64,000 bases of DNA from Bacteroidales bacterium (GCA_031275285.1 JAISOY010000211.1:17318-81317), one strand, 5' to 3'; shown: positions 28,472-37,175, counted from the first letter of the stretch. The notes: generated by a model not told the origin, from the sequence alone. Translations and numbers: made by a program.

Positions 28472-29509
28472 TCAGTCAAAAACAAAAACAAGTGTCTCTT
28501 CAACAGGAGCCCAGTCAAAAATGAACCTGGCATGCGAGGTGGCATTCCGTACACACATATGTGAACGGGGAGTTGTTCCGAGTGTCGGGATATATTCAAT
28601 GATCTCTGTGTGTGGAAGATTTACCGGAACCCCATGTATGTATCCTCCATTGGAAAAACGACTGGCATAAGGTGCGAATCCGCCTATTTCCGTAGTCCCG
28701 TCTTTATAAAAAAACATCTGGCCTTTTTTCCCCTGGATTACAAAAATTCCGGTAGGGGTTGCGCGTTCAAAAGGCGGTTTACGGCGACCCGTAGTTGCCG
28801 GATTCATACTTCTTATCAACCATATTGCACCCACTTTTTCAAGCACTGTGATATTTTGATTGGTACGGTCAACGAAAATGGCTTTTTTGAAGATGACCGT
28901 ATCATTGATCGGCCTGATATATTTTTTGGGAACCAGCCACTCTCCTTCAATACTGATTACATCTATTTTTGTAAATCCGGCAGTATCCGCAATATATTTA
29001 ACAAGCGAACCGTCTTTTCCATATCGTTCCGCAACCGTCCGGTTATCCGGAAAAAATAAAGGGACCGATTGATTCTGGTCGACTCCGAAAGCATCGGATA
29101 TGCTGTTATACTCATTTTTATGATTTACTTTAACTACCGGCGCTTTCCCGTTCATATTCCTGTAATTTTGTAAAATGCCCCAACGTACGTTTCCTTGTTG
29201 GATTGAATCAAGGAATACCAGATGCCTGCGTATTTTATCCCATTGAAATTTGCGAACGGTACTTTCATATGGAAAACTGTCCGGTAGCGTATATTGGTCA
29301 TAAAGGAAATCCTTTTCCATCTCTACAGTCATGGGAGCTATTTTTCTGGAAATTATCCCTGTATGAGAATCTGTTTGATCAGGTAAAGATATAACATTCG
29401 TTTCCCGGGATAGTCTTTTTATTGTTTTCACAGAACAGGATTCTGATAATAAGACTATTGTCAGTAATGGTGCAATTATCTTTTGAATAGGTTTTATCCG
29501 GTGTAGCAT
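28472..29509 (-). CDS. L,D-transpeptidase family protein (YkuD domain)
   Basis: C-terminal YkuD signature IHGVPV...TPRSHMCVRN. Signal or lipoprotein N-terminus. Confidence 0.8.
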   Translation of the reverse strand: MLHRIKPIQKIIAPLLTIVLLSESCSVKTIKRLSRETNVISLPDQTDSHTGIISRKIAPMTVEMEKDFLYDQYTLPDSFPYESTVRKFQWDKIRRHLVFLDSIQQGNVRWGILQNYRNMNGKAPVVKVNHKNEYNSISDAFGVDQNQSVPLFFPDNRTVAERYGKDGSLVKYIADTAGFTKIDVISIEGEWLVPKKYIRPINDTVIFKKAIFVDRTNQNITVLEKVGAIWLIRSMNPATTGRRKPPFERATPTGIFVIQGKKGQMFFYKDGTTEIGGFAPYASRFSNGGYIHGVPVNLPHTEIIEYIPTLGTTPRSHMCVRNATSHARFIFDWAPVEETLVFVFD

Positions 29510-29668
29510 TTTTCTGGTATGTGATGATTACCAGGGCAAAGGTATTGAATCTTTAAAGAAAATACCCGTTTTCAATAAAATGAATCCTATAAATAGGTTT
29601 AATCCGTAATTTTGCGTATGAATATAAAAGTGACCGTTCCGCTTTCAAGACGCTGAATTACAGCTTGA

Positions 29669-30193
29669 TCAATTTTTCCAATTTTCCATCATGACCAGAT
29701 CGGATAGTGGTTTGCGGAGAACAGAATGACGGTTCGGATCTGAAAAATCATTTTTTGGATAACCGAGGATGAGTAATGCTGTTGCTTCCATATAATCGGG
29801 GATGTCAAACTCCTTCCTAATGATATGCGGATCAAACAGGCCGACCATGACACTTCCTATGCCTACTTCCCGTGCTGCTAACATCATATGGTCTGTGATG
29901 ATTCCTATATCCAGGTCCCCGGAACATTTGTTGTCATAGGGCCGTATCAGGGACTCCCTCGTATCCCTGCATATGATCATGACGCATGGCGCGCCGAATG
30001 TTTTGTATGCTTTCTGGACTTTTGTGATGTTTTCCGGCTCCTGGATAACAAGTATTCTTTGTGGTTGTTTGTTACAGGCTGTCGGTGCGACCCGGGCAGC
30101 CTGCAGTATATAGTCCAGTTTTTCTTTTTCTATTGCCTGTGCTATAAATGCCCTGACAGTACAACGCTGTTTCGCTAAATCTAAAAAATTCAT
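29669..30193 (-). CDS. Nitroreductase family protein
   Basis: MNFLDLAKQRCTVRAF..., ARVAPTACNKQP. The ATG at 30193 overlaps the upstream stop as ATGA. The ORF-track start at 30244 was rejected. Confidence 0.85.
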   Translation of the reverse strand: MNFLDLAKQRCTVRAFIAQAIEKEKLDYILQAARVAPTACNKQPQRILVIQEPENITKVQKAYKTFGAPCVMIICRDTRESLIRPYDNKCSGDLDIGIITDHMMLAAREVGIGSVMVGLFDPHIIRKEFDIPDYMEATALLILGYPKNDFSDPNRHSVLRKPLSDLVMMENWKN

Positions 30194-30873
30194 GTGAGGT
30201 GTTTTTGATTGATTCCAAAACGATGGGGACATATTCTCCTGCATTCAAAGCATTTTAGTTCCAACTTGCCTTTTATTGTTTTGTAACATACTTTATAGCA
30301 ATTTTTCTGACCAAATAATGCCGGATCATTTAATGCCCCTGAAGGGCAAACATCGACGCACAGATTACATCCTTTACAGATATCATATTCCAGTATCTGA
30401 TCTGCTTCGATCCGAGCATTGGTTAAAATAGCGCTGAACCATAGGAGATTTCCATAATCTGGATTGGTTAAAAGGTAATTGCGTGTAATACATCCGAGTC
30501 CGGCAAGTTCTGCAGCATGTTTTAATGAGATATGTCCCCTGAAACGGCCATTATCCCATTTCCCACCCAATCCGCCTATTATTTTGGTTTTGTATCCCAT
30601 TTCTTTGACTTGTTTTGCCGCTTCTTTTGCGGTATGGTTCATTTTTTCTACCATTTCGTTGCGGATGGAAGTATATTCAATTGTGGTTTTTGATAATGCT
30701 TCCCGTGGAAACGGTGATCCGAATACGATCACCGTTTTGCATCCCGGTAATTTATCTTCCGGAGAAAAACCAACTGTTGCATTGGTAAAACGATCTGAGG
30801 GAGTAATTCCCACTACGGACGCCCCCGATGCAATTCCTATTTCCCTGATTATGTTTTTGTCAAGCTGCCCCAT
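30190..30873 (-). CDS. 4Fe-4S ferredoxin-domain protein, QueG / reductive-dehalogenase-like
   Basis: 227 aa. The N-terminal region resembles the epoxyqueuosine-reductase-like fold. It has a CKGCNLCVDVCP cluster motif and a second Cys-rich stretch (CFECRRICP). Confidence 0.6.
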   Translation of the reverse strand: MGQLDKNIIREIGIASGASVVGITPSDRFTNATVGFSPEDKLPGCKTVIVFGSPFPREALSKTTIEYTSIRNEMVEKMNHTAKEAAKQVKEMGYKTKIIGGLGGKWDNGRFRGHISLKHAAELAGLGCITRNYLLTNPDYGNLLWFSAILTNARIEADQILEYDICKGCNLCVDVCPSGALNDPALFGQKNCYKVCYKTIKGKLELKCFECRRICPHRFGINQKHLT

Positions 30874-31227
30874 AATTGAAAGCTAAATTAGAAAATTATC
30901 ATTCAATCGTAAAGAATGTTGAAAAATAATTTGTGTTAATTCTGTTGACATAGGTTTACGGCCGGATGACGATAAATTGATTGATGAATAAAGAAATTGA
31001 AATACAGCAGCACAACTAAAACATTACTGAAACAGCTATTTGGCGATGATGCCGATAAAAAATCTTGATATTTAAGAAGAAAAGAAATTTAATAACTGTA
31101 GTTAAAATTAGCATTGAAAAATTATTAAATGCTTGTTAGCAATGTCTTAGTCAAGTCACAACGATCGGTCAGTTCATTTTATTCATGCGAAGCATACCAT
31201 ATTGACGATTTTCCGTTCAAGCGAAGC

Positions 31228-31297
31228 CGGAGGCGGAGCGCGTTAAAATCGTTAAGCCGTTTTTGATTACTTTTTGCGGCGTCAAAAAGTAATGAAG
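31228..31297. repeat. Intergenic hairpin element (GC-rich GAAGCCGGAGGCGGAGCG, then AAGCCGTTTTTGAT, then a 10-bp stem)
   Basis: TTACTTTTTG (31267-76) and CAAAAAGTAA (31283-92) form a perfect stem with loop CGGCGT. It has the same architecture as the element at 395-446. Confidence 0.5.
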
Positions 31298-31473
31298 ATA
31301 AATTAAAGTGATTTAACAACGTTATTATAAACTTGGCCAATTTGATATGTAATTATTTGATTTTTAGGCAAAATATTTTTTTCTGTAAATAAAATTAATT
31401 TTATTAAAAAATAAACCTTTACTTTGCATTTAAAAGTACTTTTAATTACAATAATTTATTAATGTGAATACAC

Positions 31474-33981
31474 ATGAAAGAAATAATTAATGACAAGCCT
31501 TATCTGGTTGGACTGGGCTTTATTTTTGTTAGTTTTCTTGTTTATTTAGCCGGAATGAATGTAGAGGGGGATGCTACGCTGGGGCTTTTTTTTGTGAATT
31601 ATATTTTTACAGCCATTGCATGGGTGTATTTGGCCATTTCAGTTATATTTTTCCGCAAGACATTCCGTTTCTTCCGCATCTTTCCTGTTCTGGTGTTATC
31701 GCTGATCAGTGCTTATTCTTTGAACAGGTTTATGAATCTGTTCGATACCTCTCCGCTATGGTTTTTCCTTGTGCTTGTGTTGGTCTCGTTGGCCTGTTTA
31801 TCATTGGCGGGATTCAGGGGGATGAACCGTTATTTTCAATGGCTGGTATTGACATTGGTCGGGGTGGGAATAGTTGTGTTTTTCTATCTGGGTATTTACC
31901 TGATTCCCGCATATCCGGTCAGTGCGTTTCTTTTCTGGGTGTTGGGAATTTCTTTGCATAGTTTTGTTCCATTACTTTTTTTGATATTTATTTTTATATG
32001 GATATTCCGTTATACCCGGAAAGGCGAAATGGCAGTAAAGGGTTTGTATGCCGGGAGCGGATTGGTACTTATCCTGGCAATCATATTTACCTTCCGGTGG
32101 GCTTCGGTGGTCAATGGCATTAATGATACTTATCAGGAGTCATTTGCTGAAGATGATGTAACATTGCCGGCCTGGGTCAGGGTATCCCAGCGTATCCCCA
32201 GGAATAACATTACCAATAAAGCATTGAAGGTAGGACTTACTTACGTTTTACCCGATTTTAACACACTAAACCTTTCCAACTTCCGTTTTTCTACGGGATT
32301 TACAGAGCAGCAGCTGCATGATCCGTTCATTGTTGTGGCGGCACTCGTCGCCGGACAACCCCGTCTTAATGACGAAGAAAAAATAAAAATACTGGAAAGT
32401 ATCTACGATTCGCGTCATCAGGCAACCGAACGATTATGGAGCGATGAGGGGATCAAAACCACTTATGTGAACTCTTCCATACAGATATGGCCTCAATTTC
32501 GTATGGCGTATACAGAGCAAATCATCATGCTCAGGAATACCCGGATCGGATGGCGGGATACCGGTGAAGCCGTATATACTTTTCATTTGCCCGAAGGTTC
32601 GGTAGTGACTTCACTTTCTTTATGGATCAACGGTGAAGAGGAAAAAGGGATACTGACCACTAAGGGTAAAGCCGATTCGGCATACCGGACAATCGTAGGT
32701 GTGGAGGCCCGGGACCCGTCATTGGTGCATTGGCAGGAGGGGTCAACTGTAAGCGTGCGTGTTTTTCCGGTCACATCAAAAGAAGAACGGGTATTTAAAA
32801 TAGGTATTACGTCCCCTTTAAGGAAAAAAGAAACAAAGCTCGTGTATGAACCCGTTTATTTTGAAGGTACCGACTGCAGTAAAGCAAGAGAAACCATCCA
32901 TGTCCGATTTATGGATGAACCTCTACAGTTGAAATATCCGCCGTTTATGGGAAAAAACCACACAGGTCTGGAAAGTAAACGGAAAAGCAGGTACAAGAGC
33001 AACTGGACAATTTCTATGGATGATCCTGGTTTATCCGTCGAGCCCTTCTGTTTTGATGCACATTGCTATCATATACAGGAACTTCAGTCAAAGGAAGTGC
33101 AGGTTGATATAAAAGAAGTGTATCTGGATGTAAACCGCTCATGGAGCAAAAAAGAATTCGATGCTGTGTGGAATGCTTCGGATGGCAGAAAAGTAAAGGT
33201 ATTCAACGGTCAGGAAATGGTTACGGTAAATTCAGGAAATAAAGACGAGGTATATCGTGATTTGAGTAAGCTTCAGTTTTCTCTTTTCCCGGTTCACCTG
33301 ATTAATAAAACGGACCAAAGCCTGCTGATAAGCAAGAGTACTTCCGCTTCTCCCAATTTATCCGATTTAAAGGATAGTCGCTTTTTCAGAAAAATGAAAT
33401 CTGCATTACATCCGGAACAATCTGTATATTTTCTGGACATAGGAGAAACATTGTCTCCATACCTGAAAACTCTCCGGGAATACCGGTTATTGAATTATCG
33501 GAAAGGAAATATTGAGGATGTATATAAAACAATGAAACAATCTGTTTTTTTGCAGGCTTCGCTTGAAAATGATCATCAGGTGGCGGTACACGATGCGGGA
33601 ATTAATATCATCAAACAATCCGGGTCTTTAACAGGAAATGCTCCCGACCACCTGATGCGTTTGTTTGCTTACAACCATATCATGTTCCGTTATGCCGGCA
33701 GTTGGAACTCGGTTTCAACACTTACCGAAGAAATGGTGGAAGAAGCCCGGCAAGCCTATGTCGTTTCGCCGGTCTCGAGTCTTGTTGTGCTGGAATCCCA
33801 GAAGGATTACGAACGTTTTGGCATTACAGATGCAGACAATAGCCTGAAGAACGCATCGAAAAAATCGAAGGGTGCCATACCTGAGCCTCACGAATGGGCA
33901 TTATTACTCATTGTAATAGCCGTGACGTGTTATCTGTATATCCGTAAAAAGAATCCTGACTTTTTGATCAGAAAAATATAA
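31474..33981 (+). CDS. Polytopic VIT-domain protein with a C-terminal PEP-CTERM-type sorting signal (XrtN-system VIT protein-like)
   Basis: About 8 hydrophobic helices in the first ~215 aa. VIT-like segment VYTFHLPEGSVVTSLSLWINGEEEKGILTTKGKADSAYRTIV...VSVRVFPV (~32560-32840). C-terminus ...IPEPHEWALLLIVIAVTCYLYIRKKNPDF has PEP at 33880-33888, then a TM helix, then basic residues. Confidence 0.8.
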   Translation: MKEIINDKPYLVGLGFIFVSFLVYLAGMNVEGDATLGLFFVNYIFTAIAWVYLAISVIFFRKTFRFFRIFPVLVLSLISAYSLNRFMNLFDTSPLWFFLVLVLVSLACLSLAGFRGMNRYFQWLVLTLVGVGIVVFFYLGIYLIPAYPVSAFLFWVLGISLHSFVPLLFLIFIFIWIFRYTRKGEMAVKGLYAGSGLVLILAIIFTFRWASVVNGINDTYQESFAEDDVTLPAWVRVSQRIPRNNITNKALKVGLTYVLPDFNTLNLSNFRFSTGFTEQQLHDPFIVVAALVAGQPRLNDEEKIKILESIYDSRHQATERLWSDEGIKTTYVNSSIQIWPQFRMAYTEQIIMLRNTRIGWRDTGEAVYTFHLPEGSVVTSLSLWINGEEEKGILTTKGKADSAYRTIVGVEARDPSLVHWQEGSTVSVRVFPVTSKEERVFKIGITSPLRKKETKLVYEPVYFEGTDCSKARETIHVRFMDEPLQLKYPPFMGKNHTGLESKRKSRYKSNWTISMDDPGLSVEPFCFDAHCYHIQELQSKEVQVDIKEVYLDVNRSWSKKEFDAVWNASDGRKVKVFNGQEMVTVNSGNKDEVYRDLSKLQFSLFPVHLINKTDQSLLISKSTSASPNLSDLKDSRFFRKMKSALHPEQSVYFLDIGETLSPYLKTLREYRLLNYRKGNIEDVYKTMKQSVFLQASLENDHQVAVHDAGINIIKQSGSLTGNAPDHLMRLFAYNHIMFRYAGSWNSVSTLTEEMVEEARQAYVVSPVSSLVVLESQKDYERFGITDADNSLKNASKKSKGAIPEPHEWALLLIVIAVTCYLYIRKKNPDFLIRKI

Positions 33982-33992
33982 TTGCGGTATTG

Positions 33993-35351
33993 ATGGTCGC
34001 ATTGTTGAAACAATTTAATCTATGGAGCGCTGGTAAGATCATCTTTGTCTTATCTGTTTTTTCCTGTATATTGCTTGTCATCTTGTTCTTTCGTGAATAT
34101 CTGTCTGCCCAGTTATTCAATCTGGCTTTGGGTGTAATCGTGATCCCTTTTGCCATAAAGATAAATTCCCGGAAAAAAGGATCTTTCCGTTTTGCGATAG
34201 TGGCCGTATCGTTTATGCTTCTCTCATTTTATGTTCCGGTGCATACATTTATTTACTTCGCCCTGATCTCTGTTTTGCTTTTTCTGGTAGAATCACGTTT
34301 TGGGCGGATCAATTTTCTGACTGTTGTCGTAGCGGTTTTGGTCATGCCTATTACCAGCTATTTATTGAATACTTTTAGTTTTCCTGTTCGGATATGGCTG
34401 ACTTCTGTTTGTGGATATTTATTCGGCCTGGCAGGGGTTCCGGTCGTAATAGCCGGCAATACGATTGTTTTTGATGGAGTCGATTTTACAGTAGATCCGG
34501 CTTGTATGGGGCTCAGTATGTTGACCACTTCTTTTCTTGTCGGGGTACTCCTGCTTGGTTTTTATCAGAAACAGTGCAAAAAAGAACTTCCGGTATGGGG
34601 TGTCTGCTTGTATTTATTGATCATTCTCCTCTTGAATGTATTTTCTAATCTTATCAGAATGATGGTATTGGTGTTGTTTCAGGTGATGCCTGAAACAATC
34701 ATGCACGATATCGTCGGGATCATTTGTTTTTCGGTACAGGTGATCTTGCCTGCTTGGATCATCAGCCGGTTAATGATGATGAAACTCGGAAAGCAAAGTA
34801 AAGAGGACAATCGTATTTTCCGGAAAAATACCGGAAAACTTTTCTACATACCTGTTCAGATTGCTTGTTGCCTGTTGTTATGGATGGCAACATTACATGT
34901 TTCGGACAAAAAAATATCTGGTGAACTGCAAACAATGCATGTACCCGGTTATGAAACTACCCGGCACTCACAGGGTATTTTTAAACTGGAGAACAATAAT
35001 TCACTGGTATATGTGAAACGTATCCGGTGGTTTTGCGATACCGAACATAATCCGATGATATGCTGGAAAGGTAGCGGCTATACTATCACCCAGGTTCAGG
35101 AAACTGTTCGGGGTGACTTTTCCATATATACAGGAATACTTTATAACGGGCAGGATGTCCTGTATACGGCATGGTGGTATACGAACGGGTATTCGATGAC
35201 CAACAGCCAGCTGCATTGGCGCTGGGATATGCTCAAAGGCGCTCATCCTTACTCTTTGGTAAACGTAACAGTAGCCAGCAAAGAAGAACTGGAGTCCGGA
35301 ATATCAGAAATGATCGGCCTTGCCCATGAAGTTGTAGCATTTCGTTTTTAG
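33993..35351 (+). CDS. Exosortase (XrtN-like) with a fused C-terminal EpsI-like domain
   Basis: Multi-TM protein with the exosortase triad contexts: DPACMGLS (Cys codon 34503-05), SNLIRMMVL (Arg) and MHDIVGI (His). The C-terminal ~160 aa are soluble and contain HNPMICWKGSGY, which resembles the EpsI H-x-P-x-x-C-x-x-G-x-G-W/Y motif. It starts 11 nt after the VIT gene stop. Confidence 0.78.
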   Translation: MVALLKQFNLWSAGKIIFVLSVFSCILLVILFFREYLSAQLFNLALGVIVIPFAIKINSRKKGSFRFAIVAVSFMLLSFYVPVHTFIYFALISVLLFLVESRFGRINFLTVVVAVLVMPITSYLLNTFSFPVRIWLTSVCGYLFGLAGVPVVIAGNTIVFDGVDFTVDPACMGLSMLTTSFLVGVLLLGFYQKQCKKELPVWGVCLYLLIILLLNVFSNLIRMMVLVLFQVMPETIMHDIVGIICFSVQVILPAWIISRLMMMKLGKQSKEDNRIFRKNTGKLFYIPVQIACCLLLWMATLHVSDKKISGELQTMHVPGYETTRHSQGIFKLENNNSLVYVKRIRWFCDTEHNPMICWKGSGYTITQVQETVRGDFSIYTGILYNGQDVLYTAWWYTNGYSMTNSQLHWRWDMLKGAHPYSLVNVTVASKEELESGISEMIGLAHEVVAFRF

Positions 35352-35467
35352 CTGTTTGTTCTTTAAAAAATAGGTCTTGGATTTTTCCTCTAAAATCATT
35401 ATATTTGTTTAATGGACTACGGTAGTTTTCCATAACAGATATTTAAGAAGGATAAAAGAATAATGCT

Positions 35468-35701
35468 ATGGAGTTTTTCCTGTTTTTTGCTACAGCAGCA
35501 ATAGCACAGGAATTTACCGTGAACGGAATTAAGTATGAAACAACCGGAATCAATCAGGTGAAAGTCATCACAAATAATTATACCAGAAAGATCATTATTC
35601 CAAAATCAGTAGTCCGTTCAGGAAAAACATATTCCGTAACAGCTATCGGGAACGAGTTGCAGGCTTTAAAGAATAATGCATGGAAATATTTTTGTTGGTG
35701 A
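35468..35701 (+). pseudogene. Truncated remnant of a BspA-like leucine-rich-repeat surface protein
   Basis: FTVNGIKYETTGINQVKVI...IIIPKSVVRSGKTYSVTAIGNE matches the usual N-terminal module of BspA-type LRR proteins. The match then breaks off after 77 aa and runs into the deoC start region. Confidence 0.45.
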
Positions 35702-35714
35702 AAGGAAACAATCA

Positions 35715-36422
35715 ATGATGAATGAAATAATCAACCGTTTATCGGCAGATCAACTGGCTGCTATGATCGATCATACTTTTTTGAAAGCTTACGGGACAGC
35801 CGGGGATATTGAACAGTTGTGTTCAGAGGCGATTGAATATCAATTTTCTACAGTGATGGTACACCCGTCTGAAATCGATACCTGTAAGCAGCTATTGTCC
35901 GGATCAAGTATACGCATCGGTACTGTGATCGGTTTTCCATTAGGACAAAACAGTACGGAAAGTAAAGTGTTTGAGACCAGGGATGCCGTTGACAGGGGAG
36001 CCGTTGACATAGATATGGTGATCAATAACCGGGCATTACAAAAAGGACAATTCAATACCGTTATACAGGAAATCGAAAGTGTCGTATTAGTCTGTAAGGA
36101 ACATCAAGCCATTTGTAAGGTAATATTGGAAACCTGTTATCTGACGGATGAAGAAAAAGAAAAGGTTTGCCGGATAGCGGTCGATGCAGGCGCAGATTAT
36201 GTGAAAACATCCACCGGGTTCGGAACGGGCGGAGCTACGATTGAAGATATCAAACTGATGCGCCGTGTGGTAGGGGAGCAGGTTGGTATAAAAGCTTCCG
36301 GCGGGATCCGGGATCTTACAACTGCGCTGGCCATGATCAAAGCAGGAGCCAGTCGCCTCGGAACTTCAGGAAGTGTATCTATTGTAGAAGCCTACCGGAA
36401 GTTAAAGACAGAAATATCTTAA
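35715..36422 (+). CDS. deoC: Deoxyribose-phosphate aldolase
   Basis: IDHTFLK, the catalytic Lys context DYVKTSTGF, and IKASGGIR. Start chosen at the MMNEIINRL Met. The ORF-track start is 35676. Confidence 0.9.
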   Translation: MMNEIINRLSADQLAAMIDHTFLKAYGTAGDIEQLCSEAIEYQFSTVMVHPSEIDTCKQLLSGSSIRIGTVIGFPLGQNSTESKVFETRDAVDRGAVDIDMVINNRALQKGQFNTVIQEIESVVLVCKEHQAICKVILETCYLTDEEKEKVCRIAVDAGADYVKTSTGFGTGGATIEDIKLMRRVVGEQVGIKASGGIRDLTTALAMIKAGASRLGTSGSVSIVEAYRKLKTEIS

Positions 36423-36457
36423 AAAATAACCCAACAATAAGAATGTTTTTTTGATAT

Positions 36458-36480
36458 TCCTGAATTCAGGATTATTATTT
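36458..36480 (+). terminator. Possible terminator after deoC
   Basis: TCCTGAATTCAGGA palindrome followed by a T-rich tract (TTATTATTT). The stem is short, so this is a weak call. Confidence 0.3.
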
Positions 36481-36509
36481 ATACCTTTGGAGAACCAATC
36501 ACCTGATTT

Positions 36510-37175
36510 ATGCTCGCTAAGGATCTCATATCAGAAGTAATACCTTCGTTAAGTCCATCTGATACTGGAATGAAAGCACTCCACTGGATGGATATTTTTC
36601 GTATTTCACATTTGCCTGTCGTCTCTAACGGTGACTTTTTGGGTTTGTTGTCCGATGTGGACATTTATGATCAGGACATGGTCGACGATCCTATTGAAAA
36701 ACATCAGATTCCCCCTTTTTCTCCTTTTGTATATGAGCACCAGCACCTGTATGAAGTGATAGAACTCGTTTCGCGTCTTGACCTTACTGCTGTGCCTGTA
36801 CTTACAGAGAAAAATAAATATTTGGGGATCATCAGCCAGCGTCAGCTGATCCAGTCATTCGGGGACCTGGCGGCTGTAAAAAATCCGGGAGGGATCCTGG
36901 TGCTGGAAGTAAATACCAAAGATTACCTGTTATCACAGATGGCAACTATTATTGAAGAGAATGATGCAAAAATACTTAGCTGTTATGTAACCACACCGTC
37001 TGATTCTGTCAAAATGGAGGTAATACTTAAGGTCGACCGCACGGATCTGACATCCATTATCCAGACTTTTTTGCGTTATGACTATACCATTAAAGCCTCA
37101 TTCCAGAGCAGGAACGATAATGAGGATATATTACGCAACAACTATGATCAGTTCATGATGTATATGAACGTTTGA
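36510..37175 (+). CDS. CBS domain-containing protein (CBS pair plus C-terminal ACT-like region)
   Basis: Two CBS-like repeats (HLPVVSNGDFLGLLS and AVPVLTEKNKYLGIIS). The stop codon abuts the stop of the convergent MoxR gene. Confidence 0.8.
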   Translation: MLAKDLISEVIPSLSPSDTGMKALHWMDIFRISHLPVVSNGDFLGLLSDVDIYDQDMVDDPIEKHQIPPFSPFVYEHQHLYEVIELVSRLDLTAVPVLTEKNKYLGIISQRQLIQSFGDLAAVKNPGGILVLEVNTKDYLLSQMATIIEENDAKILSCYVTTPSDSVKMEVILKVDRTDLTSIIQTFLRYDYTIKASFQSRNDNEDILRNNYDQFMMYMNV

